Program-made: the position numbers and the translations under genes
Notes under the pieces: model-generated
Told to the model about the DNA's origin: nothing
Databases searched by the model: none
What the model saw: the letters and a program-made list of their open reading frames with translations, nothing else
DNA from: an uncultured delta proteobacterium
GTDB lineage: Bacteria > Desulfobacterota > Binatia > UBA9968
Length of the DNA: 64,000 nucleotides
Assembly: GCA_963755715.1 (NCBI GenBank)
Contig: CAVWLW010000034.1
Span: 1 to 64,000, forward strand
Direction: 5' to 3'
Shown here: positions 18,655 to 29,747 of the stretch, in pieces
Layout of the letters: every line of letters starts with the position of its first letter
Numbering within the stretch: the stretch's first letter is position 1

Positions 18655-20370
18655 TCAATGCGTATCAAATATCTCTTGATACTCTTTCAGCTTAGCTTTG
18701 GTTGCTTCGGTTTCCGCTGCGGTCGGCTTTGCAGCATCGGCAGCCGGCGGCAAGCAACCAAACTTCATCAAGCAAGCCATCAACAATAGCCGCGCTTTCG
18801 TCGCGGTGAGGTTGCTGCCGGCGATCGCCAGTGGATCGCGGGTCGGATCCACGAAGCCGCCGGCATTGCCGCGGCCGACTTTCACCACCGGCATGCCACT
18901 GAACGTGGCGCGCTTGAGCGCCGCGTCGACGGAATTGCTCATGGCGCCAAACGGCGCCGATCCTTCGGCGATGAATCCGGCCAGCGGCGCATCGCGCAGA
19001 TTCTTCTCGATCCGCGCCAGAATATCGACTTCGCTGCTCGCATCACCCGAGGTATCGTCCGACAAGTAGCGGGCATGCTTGACGATCGTGACTTTGGGAA
19101 TTGCCGTCGCCACCAATTCTCCAACATTATTTTTGATCGCAACCGCAATGGTTCCGACCTTTGAATCTTGAACCTTGGAACCGTGAACCTCTCTCGGTAA
19201 CCGGCTGAGATTTACCTGTGAATTATGTGTATGGCGTTTGACCGGCTTGAACGAAAACTGCGGTGCGCCCGGATGACCCAAGCGACCGATGATGCCGCCA
19301 TGACCACCGGTGGCGACGTAGCCGCCAGGCCGCGCGTCGGATTTTTGCACATCCCGGGAAGTAAAAATCTGCTCGTCGAGAATCGCCACAGCGCCGACAC
19401 AATCCCGGCCATTTTCATCCGCCCAGATGCGCGAGGTGATGTAGTTCACCGAGTCGACAATATTACGATCACCGTCGTTAGCGATCGCCCCGTGCGGCCG
19501 CTGCGATGAATTACCGGCGATCGGCACAGCCGTATCGATCAGCAAGTTGAGCCAATAGGTAGTCTCTTCGACGAACGGACTGCCTTCCAGCCAAATCGCG
19601 CCCAAATATTTGCCGCTCGCCAGCGCCTGCTGCACGACATTGGTCACGCGCGCCAGCGCCGCCATCGGCGGCTCCTTGCGCAAATAGCCGGGACGGTAGG
19701 GAAAGAAATCTACGCCGCGAGTTTCCGGCGCGATGTCGCCGCCGCCGATATCGGTGCGCTCGTCAGAGCGCCGGCCCGTTGTATAACCGCCGGACGGCAG
19801 CGCGCGATAAAAGTCGAAATTGGCTTTGCCAGTTAGCAGACATCCCACGCCTTCATCGGAGATCCCCAAGCGATCGATTTCTTCGAAAAGCCGGGAACCA
19901 TCGGGAAAAAACGGCACGCGGCATAGTTCACCCGGTGCATTCTTTTCCGTACCGTCCATTTCCCAAGCCTGCCCGCTAGCCTGCCGAGCCATGTACGGAA
20001 GTGGGTACAATCCGTCTTCCGGTCGCAGCATGATTTCGTAAACAGGTTTATCCGTCAGACTGGTCCGCTCTTTGTGAAAAACCCCGCGGGCGTCGAGATA
20101 GCCGTCGGGCGGTGCGTAAAGCTCGGCGGCATCGCGCTCGAGCGGATGCGCGGAAAACTGTTCAACGTAGACTGTGATCGGCGCTGCCAAGCGCTGCAGG
20201 CGAAGGACATCGAAACGCAACGGCGTGCCGTCCTCATGCGTGCGTGATGGCAAGCCGTATTTTTCGCGCGCCTTGTTGCTCGTAACCAACGGTTCGGTGT
20301 TTTGGATCGTCGCCGTCGGTCCGGAAAATACCGCGATGCGCGGTTTCTCGTTACCTGCTGAAGTCGCCAC
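18655..20370 (-). CDS. Asparaginase/glutaminase-fold protein with divergent active site
   Basis: RIAVFSGPTATIQN, EETTYWLNLL, SQRP..DGDRN, RDVQK, NLTATKARLLLMACL align with type I/II asparaginase motifs. Confidence 0.72.
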   Translation of the reverse strand: MATSAGNEKPRIAVFSGPTATIQNTEPLVTSNKAREKYGLPSRTHEDGTPLRFDVLRLQRLAAPITVYVEQFSAHPLERDAAELYAPPDGYLDARGVFHKERTSLTDKPVYEIMLRPEDGLYPLPYMARQASGQAWEMDGTEKNAPGELCRVPFFPDGSRLFEEIDRLGISDEGVGCLLTGKANFDFYRALPSGGYTTGRRSDERTDIGGGDIAPETRGVDFFPYRPGYLRKEPPMAALARVTNVVQQALASGKYLGAIWLEGSPFVEETTYWLNLLIDTAVPIAGNSSQRPHGAIANDGDRNIVDSVNYITSRIWADENGRDCVGAVAILDEQIFTSRDVQKSDARPGGYVATGGHGGIIGRLGHPGAPQFSFKPVKRHTHNSQVNLSRLPREVHGSKVQDSKVGTIAVAIKNNVGELVATAIPKVTIVKHARYLSDDTSGDASSEVDILARIEKNLRDAPLAGFIAEGSAPFGAMSNSVDAALKRATFSGMPVVKVGRGNAGGFVDPTRDPLAIAGSNLTATKARLLLMACLMKFGCLPPAADAAKPTAAETEATKAKLKEYQEIFDTH

Positions 20371-20405
20371 GAAAATCTCCTTGAGTTTCGGTAAACAGAC
20401 GCAGT

Positions 20406-20428
20406 GCCGGTTTGAGACCCGCCCGTAC
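20406..20428 (-). repeat. Degenerate GTAG-type REP-like element
   Basis: Minus strand GTACGGGCGGGTCTCAAACCGGC; related copy at 52649. Confidence 0.45.
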
Positions 20429-20452
20429 CACCGTTTGCTGAATCGTGAAAAA

Positions 20453-21038
20453 CTATTTCAAGTCAAAAGGAAGCTGCTTTGGACCGTAACCTTGCCAGTA
20501 TTTATTGGTCACCGGATCATAGCGGCCCTGAAGGAAACCGCCGGCTTTTTCCGCGCGGACGATGATCGCCACCGTGCGTTCATCGCCGCTCTCCTCAGCG
20601 TGGATTTCATAGGGCGGCACCAGATCGATCTTCCCTGCGCCGACTTTCACATTGACCGTTTTACGAATTTCCGCACAATCCGGTTTTGATCGGTCATCGA
20701 CACGCTCGTAGCGTTCGATCGATTCGGTCCCGTCGAGCACGCCGTAGAGCGTCCAGTTGTGCGCGTGGTCGTGAATCTGGGTGCGCGTGTGCGGGCGCTT
20801 TGATCAGGCCATTGATAACGAACTTGTAATCGGGGTCTTCATAGAAAAGTAAGTTTTCCGCTCGTTCGCTGCCTTGGGAGCAATCTGGCCAGCTCTTCGA
20901 TTGCGCCCTTATCGATGCATCGGCCAGCAATTCCTGGAGTAGTGGCGACATCCTTTCCCAGCGCTTTGCCGGGTCCGATTCGACTGCAAAAAGCGCTCGT
21001 GCGTCGGCGATAAATTTCTGCACAGCGGACTGAGACAT
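20453..21038 (-). CDS. Cysteine/thiol dioxygenase-like cupin (one +1 frameshift near 20793)
   Basis: Joined frames give ...LFYEDPDYKFVINGLIKAPHTRTQIHDHAHNWTLYGVLDGTE...PPYEIHAE; HDH + H metal triad; GGAGG RBS. Confidence 0.75.
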
Positions 21039-21112
21039 AGAACCCTCCTTGAGGCGAGTGATCGAGCTACCAGATCATTATTATTCCCCCGCAAAGCACG
21101 CCGTCAAGCCGC

Positions 21113-21153
21113 AAAACAAAAAAGGCTTCGGGAGTGTGAGCCCCGAAGCCTTT
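21113..21153 (-). terminator. Rho-independent terminator after ahcY
   Basis: AAAGGCTTCGGG-loop-CCCGAAGCCTTT with A-run on + strand side. Confidence 0.8.
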
Positions 21154-21176
21154 AAGAAGAAAGGAAACTTCTTACC

Positions 21177-22463
<1,287 letters not shown>

Positions 22464-22482
22464 TTAAATTTAAATATTTGTA

Positions 22483-23661
22483 TTAGACCCGACCCGCGGC
22501 CTTTTTGAGATCGGCCGCTCGATCCGTTTTTTCCCAGGTGAACAGGCCCTCTTCCGGGGCACGCCCGAAGTGGCCGTAAGCGGCGGTCGGACGATAGATT
22601 GGACGTTTGAGATCGAGAACTTGAATAATGCCCTTGGGACTGAGATCAAAATGGTCCTGCACGATCTTGGCGATTTTCCCCTCGGAAACAACACCGGTAC
22701 CGAAGGTGTCGACCAACACGGAAACCGGCTGCGCCACGCCGATCACGTATGCGAGTTGCACTTCGCAGCGCTGCGCCAATTCCGCCGCGACGATATTTTT
22801 GGCCACGTAGCGTGCCATGTAGGCCGCGCTGCGATCGACTTTGGAGGGGTCTTTGCCGGAAAATGCGCCGCCGCCGTGGCGTCCCATGCCGCCGTACGTG
22901 TCGACGATGATTTTCCGGCCGGTGAGACCGCAATCGCCCTGCGGCCCACCGACGACGAAGCGGCCCGTCGGATTGACGTGAAACACCGTGTCTTTGTCGA
23001 GATATTCGGCGGGAATCACCGCTTTGATGACGCCGTCGATAATCGTCTCTCTGAGTTTGCTGTATTCGACTTCAGGACTATGTTGTGTGGAGATCACGAC
23101 GTTTTTGACTTTCACCGGCTTGCCGTCGCGATATTCTACGGTCACCTGGGATTTGCTGTCGGGCCGGAGAAAATAAGCTTCGCCGCCCTTGCGAACTTTC
23201 GCGAGGTAGTGCACCAAGCTATGGGCCATTTGAATTGGAAAAGGCATCAGCTCCGGCGTTTCATCGCACGCGTAGCCGAACATCATACCTTGATCGCCGG
23301 CGCCCTGCTCTTTGTGCAAACCTTCGCCTTCAGTCACGCCCTGCGAGATATCGGGCGATTGCTGCTCGATCGCGGTCAAGATGGCGCAAGTATGCCCGTC
23401 GAATCCCATGGCGGAATCGGTGTAACCGATCTCACGCACCACTTCGCGCACGATATCGACGTAACTCACTTTTGCGCTGCTAGTAATCTCGCCGGCAACG
23501 ACTACCATGCCGGTCTTGGCGAGACTTTCGCAGGCTACTCGGCTGTTCGGATCTCCGGCCAAATGGGCGTCCAAGATCGCATCCGAAACCTGGTCGCAGA
23601 GTTTATCAGGATGACCTTCGGAAACCGATTCAGACGTAAATAGAAAATCTTTACCAGCCAT
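22483..23661 (-). CDS. metK: S-adenosylmethionine synthetase
   Basis: [28 protein letters not shown]. Confidence 0.98.
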   Translation of the reverse strand: MAGKDFLFTSESVSEGHPDKLCDQVSDAILDAHLAGDPNSRVACESLAKTGMVVVAGEITSSAKVSYVDIVREVVREIGYTDSAMGFDGHTCAILTAIEQQSPDISQGVTEGEGLHKEQGAGDQGMMFGYACDETPELMPFPIQMAHSLVHYLAKVRKGGEAYFLRPDSKSQVTVEYRDGKPVKVKNVVISTQHSPEVEYSKLRETIIDGVIKAVIPAEYLDKDTVFHVNPTGRFVVGGPQGDCGLTGRKIIVDTYGGMGRHGGGAFSGKDPSKVDRSAAYMARYVAKNIVAAELAQRCEVQLAYVIGVAQPVSVLVDTFGTGVVSEGKIAKIVQDHFDLSPKGIIQVLDLKRPIYRPTAAYGHFGRAPEEGLFTWEKTDRAADLKKAAGRV

Positions 23662-23737
23662 GAGACGACCTCCAGCAGCCCGACAAATTTGAAGTTTAAT
23701 TTATTTGGTATAACGAATACGAGGGGGCGATTCAACC

Positions 23738-24013
23738 TCACTCGTTTTCGTTAAAGCGGTTCTCGATCAGCCTTTCGATCGCCTTGACGGCGCGCTCCGC
23801 GTCGTCTCCGTTGGCCTCTACCTGGATCTTACTGCCCTGGGTCGCAGCCAGCGTGAGCACCCCCATGATACTGCGTCCGTCGGTCGTTTGGCCGTCCTTG
23901 GAAAAATTCACCTGAGCCGAGAACTTGTTGACCGTTTGCACGAGCAATGCAGCCGCGCGCGCGTGCAACCCCAGCTTGTTTCGTATTTCGATCTTCTTGA
24001 CGATTCTGCTCAT
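23738..24013 (-). CDS. ptsH: HPr phosphocarrier protein
   Basis: GLHARAA (His15), GRSIMG (Ser46). Confidence 0.93.
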   Translation of the reverse strand: MSRIVKKIEIRNKLGLHARAAALLVQTVNKFSAQVNFSKDGQTTDGRSIMGVLTLAATQGSKIQVEANGDDAERAVKAIERLIENRFNENE

Positions 24014-24018
24014 GGATA

Positions 24019-24885
24019 TCACTTGTCGATATCACGGTGCTTGACATGAATGCGCAAGTGGCCGCCACCAAATCTCTGCTGTAATTCTTGAACCAGGACA
24101 ACGGAACGATGCCGGCCGCCGGTGCAACCGAGCGCCAGGGTGAGACTACTCTTTCCCTCGCGCTCGTAAAGCGGCAGGGTAAACTCGAGCAAGCCATACA
24201 GACGATCGAGAAAGTCCCGCGTTTCCTGATTGCCCAGAACATAATCTCTGACTTCGAGATCGAGACCGGTCTTGGCGCGTAGCTCGTTGACAAAATACGG
24301 GTTGGGTAAAAAGCGCACGTCGAAGATCATATCGGTGTCGTGGGGAATGCCATACTTGTAACCGAACGACGTGAAGAACAGCGCCATGTGGCGCGCCTGC
24401 GGCGCGTCGCAAAACTGCTGCTCCATCTCCCGTTTGAGCTGATGCACGTTGAAATCACTGGTGTCGATCACTCTATCGGCCAAGGCGCGGATCGGTTCCA
24501 GCGCCTTCCTTTCACGGGAAATGCCGTCTTGGATCGAATCCTGGCCCGCCAGCGGATGGGGCCGACGCGTCTCGCTAAAGCGCCGCAAGAGCACTTCATC
24601 GGACGCGTCAAAAAACAAAATCTGCGCGTAATGGCCCGCGGCCCGAACGTCGCTCAGCACCTGCGGCAAGGCCTGTAAGAATTGGCTGCCGCGCAGATCG
24701 ACGCCGAGCGCGATGCGCCTGATTTCTTCTTGGTAGCCTTGCGCCAAGTCAATGAACTTGGGGATCAACAGCGCGGGAATGTTGTCGACGCAAAAAAAAC
24801 CGTTATCTTCTAGAGCGCGAATGGCAAAGCTTTTCCCAGACCCAGAAAGGCCGGTGATAATGATGATATCCAAGCCGTCGGCCAT
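24019..24885 (-). CDS. rapZ: RNase adapter RapZ (P-loop)
   Basis: GLSGSGKS, SFGYKYG, DVRFLPNP, GCTGGRHRSV. Confidence 0.95.
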   Translation of the reverse strand: MADGLDIIIITGLSGSGKSFAIRALEDNGFFCVDNIPALLIPKFIDLAQGYQEEIRRIALGVDLRGSQFLQALPQVLSDVRAAGHYAQILFFDASDEVLLRRFSETRRPHPLAGQDSIQDGISRERKALEPIRALADRVIDTSDFNVHQLKREMEQQFCDAPQARHMALFFTSFGYKYGIPHDTDMIFDVRFLPNPYFVNELRAKTGLDLEVRDYVLGNQETRDFLDRLYGLLEFTLPLYEREGKSSLTLALGCTGGRHRSVVLVQELQQRFGGGHLRIHVKHRDIDK

Positions 24886-24891
24886 GGCGGA

Positions 24892-25353
24892 TCAAAACTT
24901 ATCGTCCTCTTCGGAAATAATCTTGTAAAGTTCCTGGCTCGATTGTCCGGCCATGAGCCGGCGGCGGAATTCTTCGTCTTTGAGCAATCGCGATATCCGA
25001 GCCAACGCTTTCAGGTGATCGGCCGCGGCGTTTTCGGGCGCGATCAGCACGAAAAACAAGTGCGTCGGCGCGCCATCTAAAGACGCGAAATCGACGCCTT
25101 CGGGACTGCGCGCAAAAACACCCAAGACTCGTTCAACGCCGGGCAGCTTGCCGTGGGGAATAGCGACGCCTTCGCCGATCGCGGTGGTGCTGATCTTTTC
25201 TCGATCGAGGAGCACGTCGAGCACGGATTTCTTTTTCAAAGGCGGATGATGGGCCGCCAACCAATCGGCCATTTCTTCGAGAGCAGCATTCTTTTCCCTG
25301 CTGCCGAGCGCGGGAATGATGGTCTGTACGTTAAGAAAGTCGGTGATCTTCAC
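24892..25353 (-). CDS. ptsN: PTS EIIA-Ntr
   Basis: REKISTTAIGEGVAIPHGK; rpoN operon context. Confidence 0.9.
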   Translation of the reverse strand: MKITDFLNVQTIIPALGSREKNAALEEMADWLAAHHPPLKKKSVLDVLLDREKISTTAIGEGVAIPHGKLPGVERVLGVFARSPEGVDFASLDGAPTHLFFVLIAPENAAADHLKALARISRLLKDEEFRRRLMAGQSSQELYKIISEEDDKF

Positions 25354-25667
25354 GCGTTGGGCCTTCTTCGCTTGAGCTTGGTTTTTGCCTTTTGTTTTTT
25401 TATCTGCCGTTCGATCTTGTCGATCGCCAAATCGATCGCTGCATACATATCTTGATGTTGCTCTTTGCCGAGAATCATCGTGCCGTGCGTGTGCAGCTCG
25501 ACCTCCGCCACTTGGCGTTCTTTGGCGTCCACCGCCAAGATGACGTGGGCATCCAAGGGTTGAGAAAAATATTTGCCGACCCGGCGCACCTTTTGTCCGG
25601 CGTATTGCTTTAACGCCTCGGTGGGTTGGGTATGACGGAAAGTTACCGAAACTTTGATCTCGCTCAT
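25350..25667 (-). CDS. hpf: Ribosome hibernation promoting factor (short form)
   Basis: VTFRH, DMYAAIDLAIDKIERQIKK; downstream of rpoN. Confidence 0.9.
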   Translation of the reverse strand: MSEIKVSVTFRHTQPTEALKQYAGQKVRRVGKYFSQPLDAHVILAVDAKERQVAEVELHTHGTMILGKEQHQDMYAAIDLAIDKIERQIKKQKAKTKLKRRRPNA

Positions 25668-25691
25668 AGCGCCGGGCGATCTCCTGAAAAA

Positions 25692-27171
25692 TTATTTGCG
25701 CAAAAACGGCTGTCGGCGCTTGGAAGAAGGAAGGATACCCATCGCTTCGCGATATTTGGCCACGGTGCGCCGGGCGATTTCAATCGAGTCGTTGGATAAC
25801 GCCGCCGCGATATGCTGATCGCTGTACGGTTTGCGCGGGTCTTCCGCGGCGATGATGCCGCGGATTTTCTCTTTGACGCTTTCGCTCGCCACATCTTCGC
25901 CGTTGCCGCTGTGCAGTCCACTCTGGAAAAAGAACTTGAGCTCGAAAAGGCCTTGCGGCGTGTGCACATATTTGTTGGCCGTCGCGCGGCTCACGGTGGA
26001 TTCATGCATGTCGATATCTTCGGCGACGTCGCGCAGCACCATGGGCTTGAGGTTGCTCACGCCATGGTCGAGAAACTCCTGTTGAAATTTGAAAATGCTC
26101 TGCGTGACCCGAAACAGAGTCTGCTGGCGCTGTTGGATGCTCTTGATCAACCAGTGGGCGGCGCGCACCTTTTCTTGCAGATACTGGCGCGCTTGTTCTT
26201 CCGCCGCGCCCTCTTGTCCGGCGAGGCGGCGATAGAGTGAATTGACGCGCAGGCGCGGCACGCCGTCGTCGTTCAAAAAAATCACATATTCGTCGCCGAC
26301 TTTCTCGACGAAAACATCCGGCAAGACCGTCCTGACCTCGTCTTGCTCGAAACCGCGCGATGGCTTGGGTTCGAGAGTCGCGATGAGATGGGCCGCTTCG
26401 GCAATCTCATCGATGGTCACGCCCAAGTCCTTGGCAAGCTTTTCGTAGCGTTTGGATTCGAGAAAGTTCAAATAACTGGCGATAATTTTTGCCGCCAGGC
26501 TGTCGCTCAGCTGCAGGTTCTCGAGCTGAATCAACAGACACTCACGCAGATCCTGCGCGGCGACACCGACCGGATCGAAAAAGTGAATGCGCCGGAGCAC
26601 CGCTTCGACTTCCTCCGCGCTGCTTCCCGTGGCGGTACAAATCTCCTCGCGGCTGAGAACCAGATAGCCATTCTGGTCTAGATTTTGAATCACGTACGAG
26701 CCGATGGTCGGTCTCGCGCTCAGTGATCTTCGAAAGCCGAAGCTGCCAAATCAAATGGTCTTCCAAGGTTGTCTTTTTCGTCAGGCTGTTTTCCCAGGAG
26801 GGCGGTGAGTCGCCGTCGTCCGAGGTTGCTTCAGCGGTAAGGGAGCCATGGATCGAATTCGAGTGGGTATCGAGGTATTCCTGCCAATCCAATGTGCCGA
26901 TCTTGTCGACGGCGGACAGCTCCCGATTGAGTACCAGCTCCGAGCCGTTCTCGGGAACGCTCGCCTGGGTTTCGGATCGCGGCTGTTCACCGCTGGCCTC
27001 AGCCTCCTCGGTAGGGCCTTCTTCGAGAGCGGGATTTTCCTGGAGCTCCTTGGTCACCATCTCTTCCAGTTCTACCCGCGATAGTTGCAGTAATTTGATC
27101 GCCTGCTGCAACTGCGGCGTCATCACCAGTTGCTGAGTGAGCTTTTGAACCTGTCGAATCTCAAGAGCCAT
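25692..27171 (-). CDS. rpoN: RNA polymerase sigma-54 factor (one +1 frameshift near 26710)
   Basis: N-term LVMTPQLQQAIKLLQL in one frame; HESTVSRA and RpoN box ARRTVAKYRE in the other. Confidence 0.95.
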
Positions 27172-27173
27172 AT

Positions 27174-27896
27174 TTAAAACTTAAAGCCTTCTCCCAGATA
27201 AAATTTGCGCGCCTTGGGGCTCGCAGCGATGGTCTCCGGCGTGCCTTCTTCGAGTATCGTTCCTTCATTTACTATATAAGCTCGATCACAGATTCCCAAC
27301 GTCTCCCGCACATTATGGTCCGTGATCAAAATACCGATGCCGCTGCTGATCAAACGGCGGACAATTTTTTGGATTTCCGCGACGGCGATCGGGTCGATTC
27401 CCGTAAACGGCTCGTCGAGCAGCAAAAAAAACGGCGAAAGCACCAGCGCCCGGGCAATCTCCACTCGGCGGCGTTCACCGCCCGAAAGCGTGATTGCCCT
27501 GTGCGTCGCCAGATGGTCGATGCCAAGCATCTTCATCAGCGAGCCGGCCCGTTCATCTTGCTCCGTAGAACTCAGATCTAGGGTCTGAAGAATGGCCCGT
27601 AAATTATCTTCCACCGAGAGCTGGCGAAAAATCGATGACTCTTGGGGAAGGTAACTGATTCCCGCTCTGGCCCTTTGATAGATAGGCGCCCCGGTCAGAT
27701 CTTCATCATTCATAAAAACCCGACCCTCGTCAGGCTGAACCAGCCCCACCATCATATGAAACGTCGTGGTCTTGCCGGCGCCATTGGGACCAAGCAAACC
27801 AACGACTTCCGCGCCTTTCACTTCCAGATGAATCCCGTTTACGACCCGACGTCCGTTGTACGATTTTGCTACGGACACGGCTTTCAGAACACTCAT
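27174..27896 (-). CDS. lptB: LPS export ABC ATPase
   Basis: GPNGAGKT, LSGGERRR, LLDEPF, TDHNVRETL. Confidence 0.96.
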   Translation of the reverse strand: MSVLKAVSVAKSYNGRRVVNGIHLEVKGAEVVGLLGPNGAGKTTTFHMMVGLVQPDEGRVFMNDEDLTGAPIYQRARAGISYLPQESSIFRQLSVEDNLRAILQTLDLSSTEQDERAGSLMKMLGIDHLATHRAITLSGGERRRVEIARALVLSPFFLLLDEPFTGIDPIAVAEIQKIVRRLISSGIGILITDHNVRETLGICDRAYIVNEGTILEEGTPETIAASPKARKFYLGEGFKF

Positions 27897-28453
27897 TTCT
27901 GCGTGGCATCCTCTGGCTCCCGATTCTTCAACTCCTCTGGAAATATGGTTGCCTGCACTCGTACCTTGCCATCGCCTTCCGTGACGGCTTTATCCGTTTC
28001 GGTGTAATAAATAATCTTGACACCGCTCACCTGGCTGTTGCCCTGGCGCATAACCGGGCTTCCGGTCAGAGTCACGGTCTTCGCCGTGTCGTCAAAAACA
28101 GCTTTTTCGCCCGTCGCCACCCGATTGCCCTGCGTGGCGTTCACCTTTCCCTCGGCGATAATTTGCTTCATCTTTTTCGTTTCGGGATCAATATAAGCGG
28201 TCAAGATTTCACTGCGCATGGTCATATCGGTCTGGACCGTGACCACCCGCCCCTTGTAAACAATGGTGTTTTTGGTCTGATCGACTTCCATCCAATCCGC
28301 GGTAATGTAGATGGGGTCCTTTTTGTTTAATTCGAATCCCGATGAGCCCTTTTTGCCCTCCTCCTTTGTCGACGCTGCGGCGGCGCCCGCCGCGTTGTTG
28401 GGCGCGCTCAAAATTAGCACGAGCAGAAGTAGCCGCAGCAAAATCATCTGCAT
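27893..28453 (-). CDS. lptA: LPS transport periplasmic protein
   Basis: Signal peptide; PIYITAD, LTGSP beta-jellyroll pattern; position between lptC and lptB. Confidence 0.88.
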   Translation of the reverse strand: MQMILLRLLLLVLILSAPNNAAGAAAASTKEEGKKGSSGFELNKKDPIYITADWMEVDQTKNTIVYKGRVVTVQTDMTMRSEILTAYIDPETKKMKQIIAEGKVNATQGNRVATGEKAVFDDTAKTVTLTGSPVMRQGNSQVSGVKIIYYTETDKAVTEGDGKVRVQATIFPEELKNREPEDATQK

Positions 28454-28459
28454 CGTTCA

Positions 28460-29086
28460 TTATCCCCCGATCTGTGGCTTCGAGCTAGTATTATTCTTTT
28501 TCTTAGCCAGCTTTTCGGGCTCGATTTTAGTTTTCACCGCTTGCAGCAGACGCATCTTTTTAGCCTCCATTTCTACCTCCATCCGCGCACCTTCCAATGC
28601 AAGTCCGTCCCCGACAATGGTGGTGTGGCCTGGAAGCACAATCTGGTCCTGCGCCGGTAGATAGTTCGCTTCTTCGGAGTTGAGCACGTAACCTTGAAAA
28701 GTTACCTGCACGGCGCCCCGGAGCTCCATCCGTTCCAGCTCCTTCTCGTTTAAGTACAGCCGTGCCGTATCACCCTTGGTCTCGGCCACCTCGCCCTTCT
28801 TGTCGTAATAGTAGAATCGCGGCTTTTTGATCAGCGCCTCTTTTTGCTCCTTGAAATAATTCGCCTCTTCACCGAACAGCTCCCAAACTTTTCTTCCGTT
28901 CTCGATTTTCGCGCGGTGAAAGTCCTTTAGCTGTAGGGCTGATTCCGGTAAATAATCCAGAGCCTTAATCGGATTGGACTTGACTTCTTTCTGCATGCGC
29001 CGAACGATTTCCGTGACTTTGAATGCCACCCCACCCAGGGAAAGTAGTATGGCGAATAATAGAATGGATCGTCTGACTTTACGCAT
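28460..29086 (-). CDS. lptC: LPS export protein LptC
   Basis: Single N-terminal TM then beta-rich domain; kdsC-lptC-lptA-lptB synteny. Confidence 0.82.
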   Translation of the reverse strand: MRKVRRSILLFAILLSLGGVAFKVTEIVRRMQKEVKSNPIKALDYLPESALQLKDFHRAKIENGRKVWELFGEEANYFKEQKEALIKKPRFYYYDKKGEVAETKGDTARLYLNEKELERMELRGAVQVTFQGYVLNSEEANYLPAQDQIVLPGHTTIVGDGLALEGARMEVEMEAKKMRLLQAVKTKIEPEKLAKKKNNTSSKPQIGG

Positions 29087-29110
29087 AACGATGGACTTAC
29101 TTTAACTGCA

Positions 29111-29139
29111 AAAGTATCACTCTTGAGTAGCCCTGTAAA
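29111..29139 (-). promoter_or_regulatory. Putative sigma70 promoter for lptCAB-rpoN
   Basis: Minus strand TTTACA-N17-TACTTT with TGn extended -10. Confidence 0.5.
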
Positions 29140-29143
29140 GGAA

Positions 29144-29160
29144 TCGGCACGAAAATTGCT
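29144..29160 (+). promoter_or_regulatory. Sigma54 -24/-12 consensus site
   Basis: TCGGCACGAAAATTGCT: GG-N10-GC, near-perfect match to YTGGCACGNNNNTTGCW. Confidence 0.55.
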
Positions 29161-29206
29161 TTTAAATGCCTTTTAGGCGTGAAGTTTCCGGCGGAAGAGC
29201 TTGCAG

Positions 29207-29740
29207 TTACGTAAATAGCTTTGTTACGCTAGACCACTTATCTTGAGCTTTCAGTAAAAAGTCCGCCACTTCTCGAACAGCTCCTCGGCCGCCTAGTGCC
29301 GCAGTCACCATATCGATGCGAGATATAAGCTCCGGCCAACTGTCCGCGACGCAAATCGACAACCCCGCCTGGCGTAAAACCGGCAAATCAACAAGATCAT
29401 CCCCCATATATGCGATTTGTGCATCCTCGAAACGGCGAGCTCGCTTAATTTCATTATAGGTCTGCAGCTTGTTCTTAACGCCTTGGCGGACTAGGCGAAC
29501 CCCCAATTCCTTGGCCCGGCGGCGCACGCTAGCGGAAGAACGTGCAGTGATGAAACCAACGTCGATTCCCGCCCGCAACAACAAGGAGATTCCTTGGCCG
29601 TCACGGACATGAAATTGCTTTGTCTCCACGCCGCGGTCATCGATAATGATCCGCCCATCGGTTAGCACACCGTCGACATCGAGCAACAGCAATTGGATCT
29701 TTTTCGCCTTGGCGCGAACCCTGAGAGAAATCGGCTTCAC
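29207..29740 (-). CDS. kdsC: KDO 8-phosphate phosphatase
   Basis: LDVDGVLTDG, YMGDDLVD, GGRGAVRE; start placed at GTG after kdsD stop. Confidence 0.93.
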   Translation of the reverse strand: MKPISLRVRAKAKKIQLLLLDVDGVLTDGRIIIDDRGVETKQFHVRDGQGISLLLRAGIDVGFITARSSASVRRRAKELGVRLVRQGVKNKLQTYNEIKRARRFEDAQIAYMGDDLVDLPVLRQAGLSICVADSWPELISRIDMVTAALGGRGAVREVADFLLKAQDKWSSVTKLFT

Positions 29741-29747
29741 AGGCAAA

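Noticed and set aside
22570-23643. 357-aa antisense ORF over metK
   Set aside because: Shadow ORF from codon bias in a GC-rich conserved gene; no motifs
23662-23737. SAM riboswitch upstream of metK
   Set aside because: Only 76 nt, AT-rich, no SAM-I/II/SAH consensus visible
26542-27171. Split rpoN or programmed frameshift
   Set aside because: No slippery sequence or stimulatory structure; same +1 pattern as many other genes, so probably read error
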